Positions 21,443 to 31,881 of a stretch of 64,000 nucleotides of DNA are shown piece after piece (positions within the stretch are counted from its first letter, which is position 1; each line of letters starts with the position of its first letter). Made by a program: the position numbers and the translations under genes. The notes beneath the pieces are model-generated. The model was not told where the DNA came from and ran no database searches. It worked only from the letters and a program-made list of their open reading frames with translations. Source of the DNA: Caulobacteraceae bacterium (lineage in GTDB: Bacteria; Pseudomonadota; Alphaproteobacteria; Caulobacterales; Caulobacteraceae); contig JBBCHF010000019.1 of the NCBI GenBank assembly GCA_037201645.1, forward strand, positions 4,312 to 68,311, written 5' to 3'.

Positions 21443-23086
21443 ATGGGGCGTCTGCTGGTCGCCGCCCTGCTGCTCCTCGCCATCGCCGGATGCAGCCGCG
21501 GCCCGGCCCGCGCGATCTGCCCGGCCGGGAAGTTCTGCCTGGAGTACGGCAACGTCGGCGAGGCGGAGACGCTGGACCCCGACCTCGTCACCGACATCAA
21601 CGAGGCGGACGTCGTCGAGAGCTTCGTGATCGGCCTGACCGAGGCGACCGCCGACGGCAAGGTCGGCCCCGGCATGGCGACGTCGTGGGAGACCTCGCCC
21701 GACGGCCTGGTCTGGACCTTCCACCTGCGCGATGCGGACTGGTCCGACGGGACGCCGGTGACCGCCGACGACTTCGTGGCGGGCTGGCGGCGTCTGCTCA
21801 CCCCCCAAGACCGCCGCCCCGGACGCCTACCAGGCCTATTTCATCAAGAACGCCCAGGCGGTGAACGCGGGCAAGGCGGCGGCGAGCGCCCTGGGCGTGC
21901 GGGCGCTCGATCCCCACACCCTGCAGGTCACCCTGGACCACCCGACGCCGATGCTGCCGTCGCTGGCGCGCAACCCGTTCCTGGACCCGATCCCGCGCCA
22001 GGCCTTGGCCAAGTGGGGCGACGGCTGGGCCCAGCCGGGCCGCTACATCGTCAACGGCCCCTACCGGCCGGTGAGCTGGCAGCTCGGCGACCATATCCTG
22101 GCGGTGAAGAACCGCGGTTCTACGACGCGGACAACGTCTGCTTCGACGAGGTGCGGTACTATCCGGTGGTCGACGCCATCTCCGGCGAGCGGCGGGTGCG
22201 GCGGGGCGAACTCGACCTCAGCAAGGACATCCAGTCCAACCGCATCGCCTACCTGCGCCGGCCCGACCAGATCCCGGCCTATGTCCACACCCACCTGTAC
22301 ATCGGCGTCGCCTATCTGGAGTTCAACACCAAGGACGTGGCGGCCTTCCGCGACAAGCGGGTGCGCCAGGCCCTGTCCATGGCCATCGACCGCCAGTTCA
22401 TCACCGACAAGCTGCTGCGCGGCGGCCAGCAGCCGGCCTATCGCTTCGTGCCGCCGGGGGTCTCAAACCGCGAGGACGGCCCGCACGCCTACTGGGCCGG
22501 CTGGACCCTGGCCCGGCGCCAGGCGGAGGCGCGGCGGCTCCTGGCCGAGGCCGGCTATGGCCCCGCCCATCCGCTGACGGTGGAGATCAAGCACCGCAAC
22601 ACCGCCGACCCGACCCTGTTCATGCCCGCCGTCCAGGCTGACTGGAAGGCCGTCGGGGTCACCGCCACCCTGATGGCCAACGAGCCGCAGATCGCCTACC
22701 AGGCCTACAACGACCGCGACTTCCAGGTGGCCGACGCGGCCTGGAACGGCGACGACGACCCCTACTACTTCCTGTTCCTGCACCGCTCCGACACCGGGGC
22801 GGAGAACTACGGCGACTATCGCGACCCGGCCTACGACGCCCTGCTCGACGCCGCCGACCACGAGCCGAATTCGGCCAGGCGCGACGACGACCTGGCGCGG
22901 GCCGAGCAGGTGCTGCTGGACGACGCGCCGATCGCGCCGATCTTCTTCTACATCAACAAGAACCTGGTGAACCCCGGCCATCACCGGCTGGGTCGACAAC
23001 GCAGGCGACTGGCATCCGGTGCGCTACCTGTGCTCCAAGGCGGCCCTCGCCGCGCGGGGCCGGACCTCGACCGCGAGGCGGGATTG
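21443..23086 (+). CDS. Family-5 (OppA/DppA-like) substrate-binding lipoprotein, paralog 1, frame-disrupted
   Basis: Lipobox 'LLLLAIAGCS'. 'EYGNVGEAETLDP', 'PGMATSWETSPDGLVWTFHLRDADWSDGTPVTADDF', 'YIGVAYLEFNTKDVAAFRDKRVRQALSMAIDRQ'. The C-terminus is read in a third frame. Confidence 0.85.
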
Positions 23087-23141
23087 AGACGTCAGGGGAC
23101 CTGATATAGCGTGACGACAACGATCATATCGGGAGAAGACG

Positions 23142-23894
23142 ATGCTGGAGCTCTACCACTTCGAGCCGGTGGCCAATTCGATGAAGCCGCTGCTCTGCCT
23201 GTCGGAGAAGGGCGTCGAGTTCACCAGCCGGCAGCTCAACCTCGATGGCAAGCGGTGGGAGCAGTATTCGGACTGGTTCCTGAAGATCAATCCGGACGGC
23301 CAGGTGCCGGTGCTGGTCCACGACGGCAAGGTGATCGTCGAATCGACGGTGATCAACGAGTACATCGAGGACGTCTTCCCGCAGAACCCGCTGCGCCCGG
23401 CCGATCCCTACTGGCGCGCCCAGATGCGGATCTGGACCAAGTACGTGGACGAGTACATCTGCCCGGCGCTGACCGTGATCGGCGCGAACTTCGCCACCGC
23501 CATGGCCCAGAAGATCGACAAGAAGGTTATGCAGGACGTGATCTCCCGCATCCCGCTCGATGGCCCGCGCAAGAAGTGGGAGACCGTCTCCTCCACCGGC
23601 TATTCGGACGAGGAGCTGGCCGACGCGCGCCGGCGACTGAAGGTCGCGATCGACAAGGCGGAGAAGGCCCTGTCCGAGCACGAGTGGCTGGGCGCGCCGA
23701 CCTATTCCCTGGCCGACGTGAACGCCTATTCGATGCTGTCGGGCGCGGTGCGGGTCAGCGCCAACGAGATCACCGAGGCCGCCTATCCGCGGGTGCACGA
23801 CTGGCTTCGCCGGATGGAGGCGCGGCCGGGCATGAAGAAGGCGCTGTCCTATCCGGGCATGGCGCGGCCGACGGCGCCCGCCGAGCCGGCCTGA
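23142..23894 (+). CDS. Glutathione S-transferase, LigF/beta-etherase-like subfamily (by recalled similarity)
   Basis: Intact 250-aa ORF: 'MLELYHFEPVANSMKPLLCLSEKGVEFTSRQLNL...WFLKINPDGQVPVLVHDGKVIVESTVINEYIEDVFPQNPLRPADPYWRAQMRIWTKYVDEYICP'. Confidence 0.8.
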   Translation: MLELYHFEPVANSMKPLLCLSEKGVEFTSRQLNLDGKRWEQYSDWFLKINPDGQVPVLVHDGKVIVESTVINEYIEDVFPQNPLRPADPYWRAQMRIWTKYVDEYICPALTVIGANFATAMAQKIDKKVMQDVISRIPLDGPRKKWETVSSTGYSDEELADARRRLKVAIDKAEKALSEHEWLGAPTYSLADVNAYSMLSGAVRVSANEITEAAYPRVHDWLRRMEARPGMKKALSYPGMARPTAPAEPA

Positions 23895-25502
23895 TCCTGA
23901 AGGCGCTGGCGCTGGCGGCGGCCGGGCTGGTCCTGGCCGCCTGCGGCTCCGGCGCCGAGCGGCCGCCCTGCACCAAGGGCAAGGTCTGCATCGAATACGG
24001 CAACGGCGCGGACCCCGCGACGCTCGACCCGCAGAAGGCCAGCCTGCAGATCGAGGGGACCATCGTCGGCGACGCCTTCGTCGGCCTGGTGGAGGAGGAT
24101 ACGTCGGCGCGGCCGGTCCCCGGCATGGCCACCTCGTGGGAGACCAGCCCCGACGGCCTCGTCTGGACCTTCCACCTGCGCAAGGCGCTGTGGTCGGACG
24201 GAACGCCGGTCACCGCCGACGACTTCGTCTTCGCCTATCAGCGCATCGAGGACCCGAAGACCGCGGCGTCCTACGCCTACCTGCCCTACATCCTGAAAAA
24301 CGCCGAGGCGATCAACGCCGGCAAGGCCGACCCCTCGACCATCGGCGCGCGGGCGCTGGACGCCCACACCCTGCAGCTGACCCTGACGCACCCGGCGCCC
24401 TACCTGCCGGAGCTGCTCAAACACGCCAGCTTCTATCCGGTGCCCGAGCATGCGGTGAAGCGCTGGGGCGACGCCTGGGCCGACCCGGCGCACTACGTCT
24501 CCAACGGCCCCTATCGGCCGGTCCAGTGGATCCTCGGCGACCACCTGCGCTCGGTGAAGAACCCGCTGTTCTTCGACGCCGCCCACGTCTGCGTCGACCA
24601 GATCGACTACTACCCCACCACCGACTCCGTCTCGGCCGAGCGGCGCGTGAAGCGCGGCGAGCTCGACCCTGAACGTCGCGATCCAGTCGAACCGTGTCGC
24701 CTATCTGCGCCGGCCCGACCAGATGCCGGCCTATGTGCGGGTCCACACCAGCCTCGCCACCGTCTATCTGATCTTCAACACCCGCGACGTGCCGGCGCTG
24801 CGCCAGGTGGGCGTGCGCCAGGCCCTGAGCATGGCGGTAGACCGCGACTTCATCACCGGCAAGCTGCTGCGGTCCGGCCAGGTCCCGGCCTACGCCTTCG
24901 TGCCGCCGGGCATCGCCGACTACAAGCCGGGCGCCCACGCCTACTGGGCGGGCTGGAGCCTGGCGCGCCGCCAGGCCGAGGCGCGCCGCCTGCTGGCCCA
25001 GGCGGGCTATGGGCCAGGCCATCCGCTGAGCTTCGAGCTGAAGCTGCCCAACACCAACGACGCGGGGCTGATGACGGCGGCGATCCAGGCCGACTGGAAA
25101 ACCATCGGCGTCAAGGCGAGTCTGATCCAGAACGAGGGCCAGATCGCCTTCCAGGCCTATAACGACCGCGACTTCCAGGTCGGCGTCGCCTCCTGGATCG
25201 CCGACTACAACGACCCGATGACCTTCCTGGCCCTGCTGCAGAGCCAGACCGGCGCCCAGAACTACGGCGACTACAGGAACCCCGCCTACGACCGCCTGCT
25301 GGCCATGGCCGACCAGGAGCGCGATGTCGCCAAGCGCGCCGATGACCTGGCGAAGGCCGAGCAGATCATGCTGGACGACGCGGCCCTGGGCCCGGTCTAT
25401 TTCGCCGTCACCCGCGAGCTGGTGAACCCCAAGATCACCGGCTGGGTCCCCAACGTTCTCGACATCCACCGCGCCCGCTACCTCTGCGAGACGAAGCGGT
25501 AG
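23891..25502 (+). CDS. Family-5 substrate-binding lipoprotein, paralog 2 (one frame disruption ~24665); no canonical start codon visible
   Basis: 'LKALALAAAGLVLAACGS' (lipobox), 'EYGNGADPATLDP', 'PGMATSWETSPDGLVWTFHLRKALWSDGTPVTADDF', and the C-terminus '...ITGWVPNVLDIHRARYLCETKR'. Only CTG codons (23891, 23897) are in frame near the signal peptide, and they overlap the GST stop. Confidence 0.8.
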
Positions 25503-25505
25503 GGC

Positions 25506-26075
25506 CTAGCGGTCGCGGTGCGCCTTGACGCCGGGCTGGCCGTCGATCTTCAGGAAGAAGCTGCCGAGCGAGGCGCGGCGGATCTCGACCTTCGAGCCGG
25601 GCCGCGGGTCGCGCCCCAACACCTCGCTGTCGATCTGCCGCCAGACCGCGCCGCCGTCGAGCTCGACCACCCACTTGCCGTCGCCGGTCATCCAGGCGCG
25701 CTTGACGGTGTCGGTGACGCGGTCGATGTCGTCCTGGTTGGCGGCCGAGGCGGGACCCCGGGCGGCGCCCTCGAAGATGTCGAGGCTCGGCAGGGCCAGG
25801 CCGAACACCTCGCGGCGCACCTGGCGCGCCTGGTCGCGGTCGACCACCACCACCTGGCCCGCGGCCTCCGCCTCGTCGAGCTTGGCGGCCGCCGCGTCGA
25901 AGCAGTCCAGCCGCTTGTCGCGGTCGGTGAGGGCGCGGCAGTCGACCACCGCCTGCAGCACCGCCGCGCGCTTCTGCTCCGAAACCTTGGCGGCGGCGGC
26001 CGGCCAGGCGGCGGCCAAGGCGGCGAGCAGGACCGCGGCGCGGGCGGCCTTTGAGGCGGAGACGTAACGTGGCAT
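25506..26075 (-). CDS. Secreted hypothetical protein (signal peptide, 189 aa)
   Basis: 'MPRYVSASKAARAAVLLAALAAAWPAAAAK' looks like a signal peptide, followed by 'CRALTDRDKRLDCFDAAAAKLD...'. This is the internal part of ORF 25506..26474. ATG at 26075. Confidence 0.55.
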   Translation of the reverse strand: MPRYVSASKAARAAVLLAALAAAWPAAAAKVSEQKRAAVLQAVVDCRALTDRDKRLDCFDAAAAKLDEAEAAGQVVVVDRDQARQVRREVFGLALPSLDIFEGAARGPASAANQDDIDRVTDTVKRAWMTGDGKWVVELDGGAVWRQIDSEVLGRDPRPGSKVEIRRASLGSFFLKIDGQPGVKAHRDR

Positions 26076-26118
26076 CGATGCCCCCAGGCGAATTTCACCC
26101 ATTGAAGGGCCTGCCCGC

Positions 26119-27760
26119 GTGATCCGCAATCTGTTCCTCGCCATGATCGGATTGGTCCTCGTCGGCTGCGGCGGGGGCGGCTCGCGCCTGCCGGCCTGTC
26201 CCGCCGGGCTGCTGTGCCTGCACGAGGGCAACGGCGCCGAGCCCCTGACGCTGGACCCGGCCAAGGCGCAGGGCACCTGGGAGTCGAACATCATCGGCGA
26301 CATGATGATCGGCCTGACCACCGAGGACGCGGCCGGCCGGCCGATCCCCGGCATGGCCACCTCGTGGGAGACCAGCCCCGACGGCCTCGTCTGGACCTTC
26401 CACCTGCGCAAGGCGCAATGGTCGGACGGGGAGCCGGTCACGGCCGACGACTTCGTGTTCGGCATGCGCCGCACGCTGGATCCGAAGACGGCCTCGATCT
26501 ACGCGTCGCTGCTCTACTTCATCAAGAACGCCGAGCCGGTGAACGACGGCAAGCTGCCGACGACCGCGCTGGGGGTCAGGGCGCTCGACCCGCAGACCCT
26601 GCAACTCACCTTGGAGCATCCCGCGCCGTTCCTGCTGGAGATCGCCAAGCACCAGACCATGTTCCCCGAGCCGCTGCACGTGGTGGAGCGCTACGGAGAC
26701 GCCTGGGTCCAGGCGGGCCACTACGTCTCCAACGGCCCCTATGTGCTCGGCGACTGGAAGCTCGGCGACCACATCCTGTTGAAGAAGAACCCGAAATTCT
26801 ACGACGCGGCGCACGTCTGCATCGACCAGGTGTTCTACTACCCGACCGTCGACGCCATCTCGGCCGAGCGGCGGGTGCGGCGCGGCGAGCTCGACCTGAA
26901 CCGCGACATCCAGTCCAACCGCATCGCCTTCCTGCGCAAGCCGGACGAGATCCCGGCCTATGTCCACACCCACACCTACCTCGGCGTCGCCTATCTGGCG
27001 TTCAACCAGGGGCCCAAGGGCGTTGCCGCCCTGCGCGACCGGCGGGTGCGCCTGGCGCTCGACATGGCCATCGACCGCGAGTTCATCGCCAGGAAGCTGC
27101 TGCGCGGCGGCCAGGTCCCCGGCCTACACCTTCGTGCCGCCGGGGGTGGCCAACTACGTCTCGGCCAAGCCGCCGGCGTGGGCCTCCTGGACCCTGGCGC
27201 GCCGCCAGGCCGCGGCGCGCGCCCTGCTGGCCCAGGCCGGCTACGGACCCGGCCATCCGCTGAGGATCGAGATCAAGCACCGCAACACGCCCGACCCCAC
27301 CCTGATCATGCCGGCGATCCAGGCCGACTGGAAAACCATCGGGGTGGTGACCAGCCTGGTGCAGAACGAGACCCAGATCGCCTACGACGCCTATAACAGC
27401 CGCGACTTCCAGGTCGCCGACGCCGCCTGGGTGGCCGATTACGACGACCCGATGAGCTTCCTCTATCTGCAGCAGTCGACCACCGGCCCGCAGAACTACG
27501 GCGACTACAAGAACCCCGCCTACGATCACTTGCTCGATCTGGCCGACAACGAGCGCGACGTGGGCCGGCGTGCGGCGGAACTGTCTCAGGCCGAGCACAT
27601 CATGCTCGAAGACGCCGCCGTGGCGCCGATATTCTTCCATGTGAACAAGAATCTGGTGAATCCGGAAGTGACCGGCTTCGTCGACAACATCGTCGACTGG
27701 CACCGCAGCCGTTTCCTCTGTTTCAGCGACGCCGCAGCCCGTCGCCAAGGGCGCCGCTAG
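26119..27760 (+). CDS. Family-5 substrate-binding lipoprotein, paralog 3 (one frame disruption ~27120)
   Basis: GTG start, lipobox 'IGLVLVGCGG', 'HEGNGAEPLTLDP', 'PGMATSWETSPDGLVWTFHLRKAQWSDGEPVTADDF', and the C-terminus 'VTGFVDNIVDWHRSRFLCF'. Confidence 0.85.
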
Positions 27761-28013
27761 ACCGTCCGCGGCAGGATTTTCCGCCCGATTGCCGCTTTGC
27801 GGCCGAGTCTTGCCCTGATAACGGCCACGCTGTGACTAAGATGTAACATGACCAGGGCGATCACCTTACGGGCTTGTAACCCGCGTTGACCGCACCGAGC
27901 GGGCCTCAATAACGTCCGGTCAACCGGGGCTGGGAAACTGCAAACCCGGGACACATGCATGCGTAAGGGCGGCGAGGCCTCGACGAGACCCCGCCCATTC
28001 GGAGGTCCCTGAC

Positions 28014-30569
28014 TTGAAAATCCAATCCACACGTGCACGCCTATTGGCGTCATCGATGATTTGCGGCGTGGCCCTGGCCGCGGGCGGCCAGGCCCTGGCC
28101 CAGGAGGGCGGCTCGCAGGTCAGCGAGATCGTCGTCACCGGCTCGCGGATCCCGCAGCCGAACCTGACCAGCGTCAGCCCGATCCAGGTCGTCACCGACC
28201 AGACCTTCAAGCTCTCGGGCGCCACCGACACCATCGACGCCCTGAACCAGCTCCCGCAGGTCAGCGTCGGCAACGGCCTGAACAACACCCCGAACCCGCT
28301 GTCGAGCAGCGGCGGCTTCACCACCATCGACCTTCGCAACCTCGGCACCGTCCGCACCCTGGTGCTGGAAGACGGCAAGCGCCTGATGCCGGGCGACCCG
28401 ACCCTGGGCGGCGAAGCGCCCGACCTCGACACCATCCCGACGGCCCTGATCGATCGGGTCGACCTGGTCACCGGCGGCGCCTCGGCCGTCTACGGTTCGG
28501 ACGCCATCGCCGGCGTCGTGAAGCACAACTTCGAGGGCGTCCAAGTCGACCTGCAGTATAGCGGCGACTGGCACGGCAACGGCAACGACCAGATGCAGGG
28601 CCTGGAGAAGGCCTTCGGCGCCGTCGCCCCGAGCGGCACCACCTGGGACGGCGCGACCTGGGACGCCTCCGTCGCAGTCGGCGCCAACAGCCCCGACGGC
28701 AAGGGCAACGTGACGGCCTACGTCACCTACCGCCACCAAGAGCCGTCCTGCAGCTCGACCGCGACTACTCGGCCTGCCAGTTGGCGCAATCCAGCGGCGC
28801 GCCGCGCTGCACGGGTTCGTCGAACTCGAACTTCTTCGACGACCAGGCCACCGGCCTCGTCTACAGCGTCACCGCGCGGACCCGAACAACATCTTCACGA
28901 CCACGCGCAACCAGTCCACCACGCCGCCGAAGGCGTTCAACGCCAACCCCTATGAATACCTGTCGCGCGGCGACGAACGCTATCTGGGCGGCTTCTTCGC
29001 CCACTACCAGGCCGCGCCCTGGGCCGACGTCTATTCGGACTTCTCGTTCATGGACGACCGCTCGGTCATCCACGCCGCGCCGAGCGCCCTGTTCCAGCAG
29101 ATCTACAGCGTCAACTGCGACAACCCCTTCCTGAGCGCGCAGCAGGTGGCCACCATCTGCACGGCCAACGGCCTTGGCCCGACGGACGACGCCAGCCTCT
29201 CCATCGGCCGCCGGAACGTCGAGGGCGGCGCGCGGATCTACGACTACGAGCACCTGAGCTACAAGGCGGACCCTCGGCGTCCGCGGCGACCTCGGCGACG
29301 CGTGGCATTACGACGTCTACGCGCAGTACGGCCGCACCCAGTACAACTACTCGGTCAACAACGACATCAGCATCTCCAAGGCCCAGGACGCCCTGCTGGT
29401 CGGCGGCACGGCGGCCAACCCGGTCTGCCTGTCGGGCAACGTCGGCTGCGTGCCCTACAACATCTTCTCCGACGGCGGCGTCACGCCTGAAGCCCTCGGC
29501 TACATCCAGACGTCGGGCTACACCGTCGGCGACACCCAGGAGCAGATCGTCAGCGGCAACATCACCGGCGAGCTCGGCAAGTACGGCGTCAAGACGCCCT
29601 GGGCCACCGACGGCGTCGGCGTGAACTTCGGGGCGGAATATCGCCGCGAACAACTCGACCAGGTTCCGGACGAGACCTCGCTGTCGGGCGACCTGTCCGG
29701 CGCCGGCGGCGCGGCCCCGCCGGTCCACGGCGCCTTCGACGTGAAGGAACTGTTCGCCGAAGTGCGCGCGCCCCTGATCCAGGACGCGCCGTTCATCAAG
29801 AGCCTGTCGTTCGAAGGTGGCTACCGCTACTCGCAGTACAGCCTGTCGGGCGACACCAACACCTACAAGCTGGCCTTGACTGGTCGCCGACCAGCGACAT
29901 CCGCTTCCGCGGGTCGTTCCAGCGGGCGGTGCGGGCCGCCGAACGTCAACGAGCTGTTCACGCCGCAGGAGATCACCAACACCTCCGACGTGTCCGTCGA
30001 CCCCTGCTCGGCCGCCGGCAGCCTCGGTTCGGCCACGGCGACGCTCGAGCAGTGCGAACGCACCGGCGTCACCGCTGCGCAGTACGGCGACGGCCGCGAC
30101 CCGGCGATCGGCGGCACCAACAAGGTCGCGCAATGCCCGCCTTCCAGTGCGGCACCGTCTACGGCGGCAATCCCGACCTGACCCCGGAAGTGTCCAAGAC
30201 CTATTCGGTCGGCATGGTGATCACGCCGAGCCGGGTGCTCACGGGCCTGAACTTCAGCGTCGACTACTTCAACATCAACGTCGACAACGCGATCTCGACC
30301 TTCCGATCAATATCGCCTTCAACGACTGCCTGAACTCGGGCACCTATTGCAATCTGGTCGTCCGTCAGGCCAACGGCTCGCTGTTCGGCACCAACCTGCA
30401 GCAAGGCGGCTATATCTCGGGCACCAACGTCAACATCGGCCACATCCAGACCGAAGGCTTCGACTTCGCCCTGAACTATCGGCTCGACCTCGACCGGTTC
30501 GGCCTGACCGACAAGGGCTCGATCGCGATCGGCTTCAACGGGACCTGGACCGAGCACCTGGAGTCCACC
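28014..30569 (+). CDS. TonB-dependent receptor (Oar-like), multiply frame-disrupted and lacking its C-terminal barrel strands
   Basis: Signal peptide 'MKIQSTRARLLASSMICGVALAAGGQALAQ'. Plug 'SEIVVTGSRIPQPNL...IDALNQLPQV...TIDLRNLGTVRTLVLEDGKRL...IDRVDLVTGGASAVYGSDAIAGVV'. Barrel pieces 'FEGGYRYSQYS', 'IRFRGSFQRAVRAPNVNELF' and 'TEGFDFALNYRLDL'. There is no terminal aromatic residue or stop before the priA-like sequence begins. Confidence 0.8.
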
Positions 30570-31135
30570 CAGGCCGCCGCCAAGGGCCACAACTTCCCAG
30601 GCCTGACCCTGGTGGGCGTGGTCGACGCCGACCTCTCCCTGCGCGGCGGAGACCTGCGGGCCGGCGAGCGGACCTATCAGATGCTGGCCCAGGTGTCGGG
30701 CCGCGCCGGCCGCGCCGACCGGCCGGGCCGGGCGCTGCTGCAAACCTGGGCGCCGGACCATCCGGTGATGCAGGCGCTGAAGTCCCAGGACCGCGACGCC
30801 TTCGTCCAGGCCGAGATGGCCGAGCGCCAGACCGCGGGCCTGCCCCCCTTCGGCCGGCTGGCCGCCGTCATCCTGACCAGCGAGAACGCCCCGGCGCTGG
30901 AGGCCTACGCCCGCAAGCTCGCCGCCGCCGCCCCGAACGCCGAGGGGGTGGAGGTCTACGGCCCCGCCGACGCGCCCCTGGCCATGATCCGCGGGCGCCG
31001 CAGGAAGCGCCTCCTGGTCCGCGCCGACCGCACGGTCGATCTGCAGGCCTACCTGACCACTTGGCGGGCGCGGGCCGAAAAACCGCCCGCTCCATCCGTG
31101 TGGTGATTGACGTCGACCCCTACAGCTTTCTCTGA
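30570..31135 (+). pseudogene. priA: 3'-terminal fragment of primosomal protein N' (PriA helicase), fused in frame to the receptor gene
   Basis: 'AKGHNFPGLTLVGVVDADLSLRGGDLRAGERTYQMLAQVSGRAGRADRPGRALLQTWAPDHPVMQAL...GLPPFGRLAAVILTSEN...GPADAPLAMIRGRRRKRLLV'. After one frame change the typical PriA end '[13 protein letters not shown]' appears (stop 31133-31135). The helicase N-terminal two-thirds is absent. Confidence 0.75.
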
Positions 31136-31244
31136 TCGACACGGGCGCGTTGACCGGAGGGGTCCCTTTGGCTATATCCGCGCCTCCCGAAATTCACCGC
31201 GCGTCGGGATGGCCCGGCGCGGCCCAGAGGTAAGCAACAGTTTC

Positions 31245-31514
31245 ATGGCCAACACCCCGGGCGCGAAAAAGGCGATCCGCAAGATCGAGCGCCGCACCGA
31301 AGTCAACACCGCCCGCCGCTCGCGCGTGCGGACCTTCGTGCGCAAGTTCGAGGAAGCCCTGGCCGCCGGCGATCCCGCCGCCGCCAAGGCCGCTTTCGTG
31401 CAGGCGGAGTCGGAACTGATGCGCGCCGTGGGCAAGGGCGTGGTCCACAAGAACACCGGCTCGCGCAAGGTGTCGCGGCTCGCCGCCCGGCTGAAGAAAC
31501 TGTCCGCGGCCTGA
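31245..31514 (+). CDS. rpsT: 30S ribosomal protein S20
   Basis: '[43 protein letters not shown]...[26 protein letters not shown]'. Confidence 0.95.
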   Translation: MANTPGAKKAIRKIERRTEVNTARRSRVRTFVRKFEEALAAGDPAAAKAAFVQAESELMRAVGKGVVHKNTGSRKVSRLAARLKKLSAA

Positions 31515-31521
31515 TCGCCTC

Positions 31522-31537
31522 AGGGGCGCAAGCCCCT
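31522..31537 (+). terminator. Possible rpsT terminator hairpin
   Basis: 'aggggc-gcaa-gcccct' starts 8 nt after the rpsT stop and is followed by the pyrimidine-rich 'gtctctcc'. There is no clean U-tract. Confidence 0.4.
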
Positions 31538-31881
31538 GTCTCTCCAGTATAATTTGAAACTTCCAGCCCGTGCGGAGCCTATTCGCGCGGGCCTTCGGCA
31601 TGTGTGAAAAAAGTTCGTTAAGAGACGGAATGTCGCGACACCGTCGCATCCCTTTGCGGCTTGGGGGTCCCCGAACTGTCAAGCCCAGAATCAGCCGCGT
31701 CCGGCAAATTTCATCGTTGACCGGCGGGGGGGTCCGACTAGTCTCGGAGACACAGTTTTCTTCCTTCCTTTTGCGGACGAAAAACGGCGGCGCAGACCTC
31801 ATGGTCTCGCCCAGTAGAGACCTGTTTTCGTTCGTCTTCCCTGCGGCCGAGAGGGCTTGGCCGCAGCGGGCGGAGCTATGA
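31538..31881 (+). promoter_or_regulatory. dnaA promoter / long structured leader region
   Basis: A 367-nt rpsT-dnaA gap of visibly lower GC. It contains 'tataat' (31550-31555), one GANTC (GAATC 31688-31692), a pyrimidine tract 'ttttcttccttcctttt', and hairpins 'agacc-tcat-ggtct' and 'gcggcc...ggccgc'. Confidence 0.4.

Noticed and set aside
27761-28013. A cobalamin or TPP riboswitch upstream of the TonB-dependent receptor.
   Set aside because: No B12 box (GCCACTG-type core) or THI-box could be recognised. Only generic hairpins are present. The region is kept as a low-interest finding and is not annotated as an RNA.
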